From a virus (taxonomy: Duplodnaviria; Caudoviricetes): a DNA stretch of 64,000 nucleotides. Each line of letters starts with the position of its first letter. Position 1 is the stretch's first letter. Positions 21,773-30,601 of this stretch are shown one piece after another. The stretch covers positions 2,111 through 66,110 of the IMG/VR virus record IMGVR_UViG_3300035667_000058; one strand, 5' to 3'. The translations under genes and the position numbers were made by a program. A model generated the notes under the pieces. The model was not told the origin of the DNA and did not search any database. It was given only the letters and a program-made list of their open reading frames with translations.

Positions 21773-24178
21773 ATGAGCAGCAACAACACAGTCCGCGCTC
21801 ACTGCGAGCGTAACGGCCCTACTGGTGAGGCCGCGGCGGATCCTCCCGCGGTGGGCGCGGACGCTGTACCCGTGCGCGTGCTGTGCGGCGACATGCGGGA
21901 GGTGCTCGCGGCCATGGCGCCCGAGAGCGTGCACGCGATCGTGACCGACCCGCCGTACGGGCTTGAGTTCATGGGCAAGCAGTGGGACCAGCAGGTGCCC
22001 GGCGTTGAGTACTGGCGGGCGTGTCTGCGCGTGGCCAAGCCCGGGGCGTACTTGCTGGCGTTCGGGGGCACGCGTACGGCGCACCGGCTGGCGTGCGCGA
22101 TCGAGGATGCGGGGTGGGAGCTGCGCGATTGCGTGTGCTGGCTGTACGGGTGCGTCACGCCGGATACGAAGGCGCTCTCGCGGCGCGGCTGGCTGACGCA
22201 TGACGAAATCACGCCGCAAGACGAACTCGCACAATGGTCACCCACGAGCAGACAGATCACATGGGCACGTGCTGAGCGCATCAACGTCTGGGATTTCGCA
22301 GGTGAGTTGGTCCACCTGCAAAACCGCCACACTGATCAGCTACTGACACCGAACCATTCGGTGCACGCCGTGGTTCGTCGACATGCGCGGGACGATGCGC
22401 CGACTCGGCATGAAGTGGTGCAAGCCGGTGAGCTAAAGCCCTGCTGGCAGGTGCAGATCCCGATGTCTGGCATTCTGAACGAAGGTCGCGAGATCGATCC
22501 CGAATACGCCTATATCGTTGGGTGGTGGTTGACCGATGCCTGGCGTCACGGCGACGGCAAGGCGTGCATGTTTTCGCAGTGCAAGCCTGAGAAGCTCGCG
22601 AAGTTGAGAGCAGCTCTGTCGCCGTACGCACCGAGCGAATATGTAAAACAGGCACGCGAGCCGCAGCACTCCAACGAGCACACATTCTATGTAACCGGAC
22701 CGCTGGCGAGACGCTTGATCGAAGAGTTCCCCGCGCGCGTGCTGAGCTGGGAACAACTCGGGTGGTCGCGAGAAGCTCGCATGTCATTGATGCGTGGTCT
22801 TCTGGACGGCGATGGGACCGAGCGCGCCAGTCAGCACGGCAGCGCTTTCTGGTCCAAGGACCCTGCGCGGAGGGAAGTGGTCCTAGCCATTTGCGTCAGC
22901 ATCGGCTGGCGCGCCTACATCGACGTCGACAACGACTGTGTGAACTTCCATCGTGAGCGCGGCGCCACGCAGCTTCAAAAGCGACACCGCGACCGAGCGC
23001 CAGCACGGCCGTACAATGGCAAAGTCTGGTGCCCGACGATGCCAGAAGGCACATGGATAGCGCTTCGCAACGGGCGGCCATTCATCACGGGCAACAGTGG
23101 CTTTCCGAAATCGCATGACATCAGTAAGGCGATCGATCGTGAGCTTGGTGCGGTGAGGGAACTGACTCGTGCGGGGCGAGTCCAGCGAGACGGTTACGGC
23201 GACGATTGGGATACAGGTAGCAGCGAAAGCCGCCCGCGCTATGACGCACCCGCCACGCAAGCCGCGCAGCAGTGGCAAGGCTGGGGCACTGCGGCCAAGC
23301 CCGCATGGGAGCCCGTGTACCTCGCGCGCAAGCCGTTTCGGGGCACCGTCGCGCAGTGCGTGCTCGAGCATGGCTGCGGCGGGCTGAACATTGACGGGTG
23401 CAGGATTGGGACCAGTGAGGACTTGAACGGCGGCGCGTACTCGTCTGATGGCGGGCGCGACGGCGCTGCGTACCAGCTGCGCGGCGAATGCGGCCAGTAC
23501 AAACAGCCGCTCGGCCGATGGCCGGCGAATCTGGCGCTGGACGAACGGGCGGCAGAAATGCTGGATGCTCAGACGGTCGGGCAAGTGCACGGGGCGGGCT
23601 GCCGTCGAGCGGGCTCAAGTGCTCCGCGCGAGAGCACTTCGGGCGAGCACGTCTATAACCCGCGGGTCACCACGACCGGCGCAATGCATCGCTTCGGCGA
23701 CGACGGCGGCGCCTCACGTTTCTTTTACACGAGCAAGGCGTCCCGCTCCGAGCGCGAAGCCGGGCTCGAGCGCTTCACGCCCGCCATCGTCAACGACGGC
23801 CGCGACACCAGCATGGACACGCCCTACCAGCGCGGCGACACCTTACGCAAGTGCCTTCATCCCACGGTCAAACCGATCTCCCTGATGCGCTGGCTCGTGC
23901 GCCTGGTCACCCCGCCAGGCGGCATCGTGCTCGACCCGTTCACGGGCTCGGGCAGCACGGGCGTAGCCGCAGTACTCGAGGGCGCGCGGTTCATCGGTGT
24001 TGAACTCTCGCCCCAGTACGCCGAGCTCGCGACCGCGCGCATCGCGCACGCCAGCGACGAGGACGACGGCCCGCAGCTGACGCTGTTCGACAAGCAGGAG
24101 ATAGCCCGGCCGGTCAGGCCCGCGCAGACAAGCCTGTTTGACGACGTGCCCAATGACGAGCACGAGGGCGCCCAATGA
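21773..24178 (+). CDS. N6A/N4C (beta-class) DNA methyltransferase containing an intein
   Basis: IVTDPPY, WLYG|SGFPKS split by the intein, HPTVKP, LDPFTGSGSTG. Confidence 0.92.
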   Translation: MSSNNTVRAHCERNGPTGEAAADPPAVGADAVPVRVLCGDMREVLAAMAPESVHAIVTDPPYGLEFMGKQWDQQVPGVEYWRACLRVAKPGAYLLAFGGTRTAHRLACAIEDAGWELRDCVCWLYGCVTPDTKALSRRGWLTHDEITPQDELAQWSPTSRQITWARAERINVWDFAGELVHLQNRHTDQLLTPNHSVHAVVRRHARDDAPTRHEVVQAGELKPCWQVQIPMSGILNEGREIDPEYAYIVGWWLTDAWRHGDGKACMFSQCKPEKLAKLRAALSPYAPSEYVKQAREPQHSNEHTFYVTGPLARRLIEEFPARVLSWEQLGWSREARMSLMRGLLDGDGTERASQHGSAFWSKDPARREVVLAICVSIGWRAYIDVDNDCVNFHRERGATQLQKRHRDRAPARPYNGKVWCPTMPEGTWIALRNGRPFITGNSGFPKSHDISKAIDRELGAVRELTRAGRVQRDGYGDDWDTGSSESRPRYDAPATQAAQQWQGWGTAAKPAWEPVYLARKPFRGTVAQCVLEHGCGGLNIDGCRIGTSEDLNGGAYSSDGGRDGAAYQLRGECGQYKQPLGRWPANLALDERAAEMLDAQTVGQVHGAGCRRAGSSAPRESTSGEHVYNPRVTTTGAMHRFGDDGGASRFFYTSKASRSEREAGLERFTPAIVNDGRDTSMDTPYQRGDTLRKCLHPTVKPISLMRWLVRLVTPPGGIVLDPFTGSGSTGVAAVLEGARFIGVELSPQYAELATARIAHASDEDDGPQLTLFDKQEIARPVRPAQTSLFDDVPNDEHEGAQ
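22151..23095 (+). mobile_element. Intein (315 aa) with LAGLIDADG homing endonuclease
   Basis: Starts CVTPDT; LTPNH block B; GWWLTDA and GLLDGDG; ends VWCPTM...FITGN followed by Ser. Confidence 0.9.
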
Positions 24179-24443
24179 AAGCTCTCACCATCCCGGCGCT
24201 CGCCCTTGCCATCTTCATCGCCAGTCTGCCGGCATGGGCCACCGTGAGCAACGAGCGCGCAGCGGGCATCCTCGACCATCAGGGCTACTACGATCCGCGG
24301 TTCGCGGGCTACCGGTACCTGGTATGCGGGGGCGACCTGTTCGTGACCAAGTTCGTTGCCCGCGCGCCTGACGGCGAGTTTGTAACGGGCTACGTGTGCT
24401 GCGGCTTGGTGCAGGCCTGCACGTTGCGATGGGAGCAGTAAGC

Positions 24444-25088
24444 ATGAGCAACTGGGCAACACTACACACCCAACCAAGTCAGCTGCCGCAACTGCCGGCG
24501 GGCACCGACCCGCGCACCGACTGGTTCACGTGCAAGGCGTTCGCGTGCAAGCTGCCCAAGCAAGGCTGCGCCAACCGCTACCGGCTCGCGCAAGGCCGCA
24601 CCAGCGACGGGCTATCGTATGAAGCTGTGACCTACGGCGCATGCCGTAACTGCCCCATCGGGGCAGCACACGCGGCGGGCCTACCCACCCCAACCGAGCA
24701 AGGCACGAGTATGGAAGAGTCAATCACCACCACCAACGGCAACGGCACCAACGGCCACGCGGCCAAGCACTACAAAGACCGGATCTGCGGCAAGTGCAAG
24801 CGCGCGTTCAGCCCCACGACGGCGACCGAGCGACGCTGCCGAGCGTGCACGGCCGAAGCCAAGCCCTTGCCCGCTCGGCGCGCGGCGCGCAACGGGGTCA
24901 AGGGCCGACGGCCGGCGGCAGGGATCCGTCTGGGATCCCTGGATCCGTCCGGGATCCCGCCCGCACGCGCCGAGCCTCGCGTGCTGCACGAGCGGCAGAT
25001 CGCCACGGCGACCGAGTTGCTCGAAATAGCGGGCTTCACGGTCCGCGCCATCCGTACGCCTGCGGGCGAGTTTTTGCAGGTGACGTGA
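24444..25088 (+). CDS. Multi-Zn-finger protein, possible late regulator
   Basis: CRNC, CGKC, CRAC; immediately upstream of terS. Confidence 0.45.
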   Translation: MSNWATLHTQPSQLPQLPAGTDPRTDWFTCKAFACKLPKQGCANRYRLAQGRTSDGLSYEAVTYGACRNCPIGAAHAAGLPTPTEQGTSMEESITTTNGNGTNGHAAKHYKDRICGKCKRAFSPTTATERRCRACTAEAKPLPARRAARNGVKGRRPAAGIRLGSLDPSGIPPARAEPRVLHERQIATATELLEIAGFTVRAIRTPAGEFLQVT

Positions 25089-25094
25089 GAGCCC

Positions 25095-25529
25095 ATGGCC
25101 CGGCGTAGCAAATTCACCCCGGCCACTGGCGCCAGGATATGCAAGCTCGTGGCGCTTGGCGTCACCCTTGATGCCGCTGCTGGCCATGAGGGCGTGAGCA
25201 AGCAGACCGTCTACAACTGGCGCGACCAGGGCCGCGCCGGCCGCACGGGCGGGTATGTGACGTTCGCCAAGCAGTTGCATCAGGCACTCTCCAAGGCCGA
25301 GGTGCAGCAAACCAAGAACGTCATCGCCATGGGCAAGCGCGACTGGAAAGCGTCAGCGTGGTGGCTCGAGCGACGCCGGCCCGAGGTGTACGGCGACCGT
25401 TCCAAGATCGAACACCACCTGATGGGTGAGGTCGAAAGAGTGCTCGATGTTGCAAAAGCCACGCTCCCCGCCGGGCCGTACGCCGTCCTACTCGGCGCGC
25501 TATCTAAGCCAGATAGCGGCGCAGCGTAG
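25095..25529 (+). CDS. terS: Terminase small subunit
   Basis: HTH (GVSKQTVYNW) and DWKASAWWLERR; precedes terL. Confidence 0.8.
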   Translation: MARRSKFTPATGARICKLVALGVTLDAAAGHEGVSKQTVYNWRDQGRAGRTGGYVTFAKQLHQALSKAEVQQTKNVIAMGKRDWKASAWWLERRRPEVYGDRSKIEHHLMGEVERVLDVAKATLPAGPYAVLLGALSKPDSGAA

Positions 25530-27087
25530 GCTTGACGAGCTGCGCCTGGCGCAGGCGCCCGCGGTCAGCCACCCGTTCGCGGCAGAGCGCGAGCGCTGCG
25601 CCGAGAGCTTTGCGTACTTCATGCAGGCGGCCTGGCCCAGCGTTGACAGTCAGCCGCTCATCTGGGGCTGGCACAACGATGCCATTGTCGAGCACCTTGA
25701 AGCCGTCACGCGCGGGCACATCCGTAAGCTGCTGATCAACGTGCCACCGGGCGCAACCAAGACCATCAGCGTGCAAATCATGTGGCCGTCATGGGAGTGG
25801 ATTTGTAACCAGCATCCGCGCACCGAGCACAACCCGACCGGATTGCGTCCAGACCTGCGCTACATCTACTCCACATACAGCGAGCAGCTCGCGCTCGACA
25901 AAGCGCTTGAGCACCGCCGGCTACTTGAAAGTGAGTGGTACCAGGAACGCTTTGGTGACCGGTGGCAGCCCAGCCCGGACCAGTGGGGGCAAGCCAAGTT
26001 CAGCAACCAGCAAGGCGGCTGGCGGCTGGCGACAAGCGTTGGCGGCATCGCTACCGGTCAGCATGCGGATAGAAAGGTGCTCGACGATCCCATCAAGCCC
26101 CAAGACGTATTGGCGGGCACGGTCGGCACCAAGAAATGGGCGCTCGATAACGCGTGGACGTTCTGGACGCAGACCATGGGTTTGCGCAACACCGGGCCCA
26201 ACACCAAAGAGATTGTGATCATGCAGCGCATTCACGAGCGCGACGTCGCGGGCCGGTGCATCGCGGAGTTCCCCGATTACGAACTGCTCGTGATCCCGCA
26301 GCGCTTCGAGAGCAAGCACCCATACGTGCGGCGCACGGTGCTCGAGCGTGACATCGACGGCGAGCCGGTCAGAACGTGGCAAGACCCGCGCACCGACGAG
26401 GGCGAGCTCATGTGCCCCGAGCGCTTTCCGCCGGCTGACGTCGAACGCCGCGCGAAGATTCTTGGCTCGCAAGGCTGGGCTGCGCAAGAGCAGCAGCGGC
26501 CGAGCCCCGCGGGCGGCAGCATGTACCACCGCGAGCAGTTCAAGCACTGGTCGATCGTGCCGAGCGAAGGCACATGGGTCATCAGCGGCGACTGCACCTT
26601 CAAAGCGCTCGACAACTCCGATTGGGTGGTGCTGCAGGTGTGGTGTGCCCGCGGCCCTGACTTCTACCTGATTGACCAGGTGCGCGATCGCATCGATGTG
26701 CTTGGGACGTGCAGCGCAATTCAATCGCTACGCGCCAAGTGGACGCGCGTCGGGGCGATCCTAATCGAGGACGCGGCCAACGGCCCGGCCGTCACGCAGA
26801 TAATGAGCAAGAGCCTGCCGGGCATGAAGCTGGTGCGACCGCTCGGCGGCAAGATCGCGCGCGCGAACGCGTCAGCCGTCTACCACGAATCGGGCAACGT
26901 GTACCTGCCCCTGCCGCAGCGCGCACCATGGGTGCACGACTATATCGAGGAACACGTGGGGTTCCCGTTCGGCGGCAACGATGACCAGGTGGACGCGCAG
27001 AGCCAAGCGATCAATCACCTGGCGATGCAGGCCGCAGACTACGAAGCCATGCTCGCGACCATGCGTAACTTGGGGGTGGCGGATTGA
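25426..27087 (+). CDS. terL: Terminase large subunit (start uncertain)
   Basis: NVPPGATKT, VLDDP, IMQRIHE, GDCTFK, IEDAANG, NDDQVDA. Confidence 0.95.
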   Translation: MRSKECSMLQKPRSPPGRTPSYSARYLSQIAAQRRLDELRLAQAPAVSHPFAAERERCAESFAYFMQAAWPSVDSQPLIWGWHNDAIVEHLEAVTRGHIRKLLINVPPGATKTISVQIMWPSWEWICNQHPRTEHNPTGLRPDLRYIYSTYSEQLALDKALEHRRLLESEWYQERFGDRWQPSPDQWGQAKFSNQQGGWRLATSVGGIATGQHADRKVLDDPIKPQDVLAGTVGTKKWALDNAWTFWTQTMGLRNTGPNTKEIVIMQRIHERDVAGRCIAEFPDYELLVIPQRFESKHPYVRRTVLERDIDGEPVRTWQDPRTDEGELMCPERFPPADVERRAKILGSQGWAAQEQQRPSPAGGSMYHREQFKHWSIVPSEGTWVISGDCTFKALDNSDWVVLQVWCARGPDFYLIDQVRDRIDVLGTCSAIQSLRAKWTRVGAILIEDAANGPAVTQIMSKSLPGMKLVRPLGGKIARANASAVYHESGNVYLPLPQRAPWVHDYIEEHVGFPFGGNDDQVDAQSQAINHLAMQAADYEAMLATMRNLGVAD

Positions 27088-27110
27088 GCAGGGTGGTCCC
27101 CCGGGGTCAT

Positions 27111-27356
27111 CTACGGCGCTTCACCAGCGGCCTTGGCGAGCCTCGATTTGCGCAGCCGAACGGCTGCGCGCTGTGCGCTCTGCAACTGCTTGGGAAGCGC
27201 GGAGACCTCGGAGGCGGCATTGAGCACGGCGCGGCACCAGGCTTGCCGGCTCATGCCCGCAGCCGCGGCTGCGGCTGCCTCCCACGCAATCACCTCCTGG
27301 CGGTCGGCTTTGATGGTCACGGGCACGTGCACGTCTTTGGGGTCGGGCTCGTTCAT
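27111..27356 (-). CDS. Ribbon-helix-helix DNA-binding protein, last gene of the antisense island
   Basis: VPVTIK strand then EVIAWEAAA...GMSRQAWCRAVL helix-turn-helix pattern typical of RHH proteins. Confidence 0.55.
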   Translation of the reverse strand: MNEPDPKDVHVPVTIKADRQEVIAWEAAAAAAAGMSRQAWCRAVLNAASEVSALPKQLQSAQRAAVRLRKSRLAKAAGEAP

Positions 27357-27654
27357 GTTCCGGGGCCCTCCCCAACGATCGACGTCCACTCGGGGTCGGC
27401 TTCGACGGCCAGCCGCGCGCAGGTGAGGCACGCGCCGTAGCGCTCGGCGCAGTTGAGCGGGTACACGCCGCGATTGCCAGCCTTGGTGTGGCTGTCGCGA
27501 TGCTGCCGCGGCATCGTCTCTATCTGGACTTCGAGCGCAGCCCCACAGCCGCAGGGCCGCTCGCTGGCATCGCCGTCATCCGAACTCGTCAACGCTTCGA
27601 TTGTCGTCGCCATACGCGCCTTCCCTCTTTCGCAAAAACAGCAACCCCGGGCGC

Positions 27655-28041
27655 TCAGTCCTCGTGCGGCAGCATGAACGTCAAGCACTGCTCTGCGTGG
27701 TCGCCGCCGTGCACAACCGCTTTGAGTCGCAGCGAACTCGCGGCAACCTCGACCCGAAACGATATCGCAATGTCGCGCGCGCGCACGGGGCGGCTCAAGA
27801 TGGCGAGGTAAAGCGCCTCAAGCACGGCGAAGTAGCACGCAGCCATCGTTGGCGCGCCGTGCTGACCGGGTTCGATTGCAGCGGCAAACGCAGCTGCCGT
27901 GCACGCAATGTGGGCGCTGGCAAACGGGCTTGTGCGCCAAGCATTCGCAAAGTCGCCGATTGTGAGGTCGCAAAGCACGCCGTCGGCGATGGCCTGCGCG
28001 CGGGTGTAGCTGTAGATCACTGCGGCGCGGCGCTCGCTCAT
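27655..28041 (-). CDS. DUF6573-like protein
   Basis: YSYTRAQAIADGVL near the N-terminus, LTFMLPHED at the C-terminus. Confidence 0.6.
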   Translation of the reverse strand: MSERRAAVIYSYTRAQAIADGVLCDLTIGDFANAWRTSPFASAHIACTAAAFAAAIEPGQHGAPTMAACYFAVLEALYLAILSRPVRARDIAISFRVEVAASSLRLKAVVHGGDHAEQCLTFMLPHED

Positions 28042-28932
28042 GGCTCGCCGGGCGCCATGAAGCGCACCGCGCCGTTGGTTTGATTCTCGGTCCACACCGG
28101 CTCGCCGTTGCAATAGGTTGCACGCTCAGTCCGTCCGTCGGACTCGGCTTGCTCGGATGTTTCGCGGATCGGACCGTACCATCCACTCGTCAGATCGTAT
28201 GCTCGGTACATCATGGCGCCCCAACCTCCCTTGCCGGCACGTGCATGCGGCAATCGTCAATGCGCTCGGGCTTGCGGCCCTGCAGCGCGAACAGTTCGAA
28301 CGCGCGGCGTCCGTCCTCGGGCATCCGAAAGCGCAGCGACAACCCGTGCGCGCTGACCGCAATGTCGGCCGCGCGGTTACAAAGGTCCGCGAGCTCGCAG
28401 CGGTCTCGGTCGGTCATGGTCATGTTGCCTGGACTCGCTGACAGTCGGTGCACTGCGCCCACCGCACACTGTTTTGCCCCTGCCCGCGCCCGCCGCGGGT
28501 GCAGCAACGACTGCACACTAGGCGCCCGCAGCCCGAGCCACAACGAAAGCGCCGCGAACCCTGCGTGTCTCGCTGACAGCGTTCGCACTTCTTATCGGTC
28601 ATGGTCATTACATCCACCTGCCCTCGTACAGCGCCAGCAACTCGTCGCACTGCGCCGCGCGCTTGCGGGGCACCAACCAGCCCGCATCGGACAGCTCACC
28701 AAAGCCCCGGTCTCCAGGCTGAGATACTATGATGCTACGCAGCGCCCTGTAGAGCGCCGGTGTGGCACACTCAAACCTACGCGCGGGAAGTAACCACGGC
28801 TTGCTCATGGGTTGCGCTCCGATTGCATCACCCTGACAAGCGGCAAGCCCGTGCGGGGCGAGCATGGCAAACTCAGCGTGCCAACGGCGGCTGCGATTCG
28901 TTCAGATACAGCGTTGTTCATGTCCACCTCTA

Positions 28933-28964
28933 TATCGTAACCCCGGGAGGTTACGATAGCAAGG
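28933..28964 (-). promoter_or_regulatory. Promoter/operator 1 (GTAACC-N6-GGTTAC, 28937-28954)
   Basis: 10-bp perfect arms; minus strand TTGCTA-17-TACGAT, then GAGG and ATG at 28921. Confidence 0.75.
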
Positions 28965-29443
28965 GGGGGGCATCTCAAACCCACTGCCCGTGCGCGAGTG
29001 CGTTGCCTTCGGCGCGCTGCAGGCGCGCGATCGTCTCAAGCCACTCGCCGTATGTGCGCCCGTAGCGCTCCGCGCGCGGCGCTTCCCTCGTTGCGAGATA
29101 CGCGATGCGCTCGGCCTTGCGGGCGGCAATCAGTTCTTGGCGGTGCATGTGCAATCCTCTGCTCACGACGTACCACCGAGAAAGCCCTCGGTGAACCATG
29201 CGAGCGCTTGATCGACGTCAGACGATGGTGCGTCCGCAGGCAGTCGCCACTGCGGCGCTGGGCCATACACGAGTTCGCCGCAGCCGGTGGTGAACGCGTG
29301 GTGCGCATCATTCCAGCCGACTTTCGGACCGATGTAGAGCTTGCGATACGCGGACCCGCTCGCCACCCACCATTGCTTACTGTGCTGCTTCACGGCTTGC
29401 TTCCTAACCCTTCCCACATCCGTTCCAATGCTACCCATATATT

Positions 29444-29461
29444 GTAACCCCGGAAGGTTAC
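29444..29461 (-). promoter_or_regulatory. Promoter/operator 2
   Basis: GTAACC-ccggaa-GGTTAC inside TTGCAC-18-TACAAT. Confidence 0.75.
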
Positions 29462-29806
29462 CCAGTGCAAGAGGTCCGGTCAGTACTCGGCAAGCGTCTC
29501 CGGCTCCGAGCGCTCGTTGTAGGCAAGCAGGCTACCGGGGGCGGGGTTGCGCGTGTCCGCGTCCAGAGCGAACCAGCTCGCGAACTGCGCGCGCGTGCCG
29601 GTGGCCGTCGCCGCAACCAGGCCGGGCATGCGCCTGGTTGTCGCGAAAGCAAACACTGCGATCCCCAGCGCCTGCAACGCCGCCGAGGCCTCCTGTTCCG
29701 TGCCCTTGATAACCAAGCTGAAATGCGCGAGCGCGAACATGGTTGCGAGCTCTGACTGAATGTCCATCCCGGTACTCCGATTGTTGCTGCTGTCCACTTC
29801 TAAAGA

Positions 29807-29824
29807 GTAACCCTCCGGGGTTAC
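29807..29824 (-). promoter_or_regulatory. Promoter/operator 3
   Basis: GTAACC-ctccgg-GGTTAC inside TCGCAA-17-TACTCT. Confidence 0.7.
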
Positions 29825-29878
29825 ATTTGCGAGGGGTGGGCGCTGCAATTCGACATTGGGCCCCGGTGCGGAAGACCC

Positions 29879-29907
29879 TTGCGCACTACCCCGCGGCGGG
29901 GTATTAT
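29879..29907 (+). promoter_or_regulatory. TA promoter with palindromic operator
   Basis: TTGCGC-17-TATTAT enclosing TACCCCGC-g-GCGGGGTA (29887-29903). Confidence 0.65.
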
Positions 29908-29909
29908 GA

Positions 29910-30194
29910 ATGGTGGTCAACGTAGTGGAGTTCAGCGACGCGGTGGTCAAGGCAATGCCGAAGCTGCCGCCGCAAGTGGCGGTGAAGCTGCGCCTGTGGG
30001 CCGGTGCCGTGCGCGCCGCGGGCATTGACCAGGTGCGCAAGCAACAACACGGGTACCGCGACAAGCCGCTCAGCGGAGATCGCAAGGGCCAGCACTCGAT
30101 ACGGCTCAACCGCGCTTACCGCGCGTTTTACACCGTGGTGCGCAACGAGGTGACGGTGGTGCGGGTGATTGAAGTCAACAAGCACGAATATTGA
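29910..30194 (+). CDS. higB: RelE/HigB-family toxin
   Basis: DKPLSGDRKGQHSIRLNRAYRAFY...VIEVNKHEY. Confidence 0.85.
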   Translation: MVVNVVEFSDAVVKAMPKLPPQVAVKLRLWAGAVRAAGIDQVRKQQHGYRDKPLSGDRKGQHSIRLNRAYRAFYTVVRNEVTVVRVIEVNKHEY

Positions 30195-30209
30195 TGAGCG
30201 GGGGGGCAA

Positions 30210-30530
30210 GTGGAGATGGCAAAAACGCGACAAGACAAAGCGATGGCGGCACTCGAGCGTGCGGCCGGTGGACCGTTGACGATCGGGCGCGCATTGTGGG
30301 CGATACGCGAGTGCGACGAGATCAGTCAGGCGGTGTTCGCCAAGCGGCTCGGCATCTCTGCGCAACACCTCTGCGACATCGAGAAAGGCCGGCGAGCGCC
30401 GCGAGCGGCGCGAGCGGCGAAGTGGGCGAAGGTGCTGGGGTACTCACCCGAGCAGTTCGCGGAGCTCGCGCTCCAGGCCGAACTCGACGCAGCGGGCTTG
30501 AAGCTACGCGCACGTGTGAAGGCAGCGTAA
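30210..30530 (+). CDS. higA: HigA-like XRE antitoxin
   Basis: ISQAVFAKRLGISAQHLCDIEKGRR; follows the toxin. Confidence 0.8.
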   Translation: MEMAKTRQDKAMAALERAAGGPLTIGRALWAIRECDEISQAVFAKRLGISAQHLCDIEKGRRAPRAARAAKWAKVLGYSPEQFAELALQAELDAAGLKLRARVKAA

Positions 30531-30601
30531 GCCGCGAAGGCGGCAGGCGAATTCGCGTAGGCTGGTGACACCGCGCCGGCTGCCCGCTAGACGTTGCAGA
30601 C

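Larger units (their letters stand above)
27353..29767 (-). other. Antisense island of ten tiny genes (27353-27613, 27655-28041, 28038-28214, 28211-28423, 28420-28608, 28608-28808, 28805-28921, 28975-29148, 29163-29393, 29480-29767)
   Basis: Stop/start overlaps and SD-like sequences on the minus strand; 38-128 aa. Confidence 0.7.

Noticed and set aside
28937-28954. Host LexA box identity for the palindrome
   Set aside because: Does not match the LexA consensus sequences I recall for Myxococcus or Geobacter; another host regulator is not excluded
28937-29824. CRISPR-like or mini-array reading of the GTAACC palindromes
   Set aside because: Spacing of 360-500 bp, whole genes between copies, each copy inside a promoter; no cas genes
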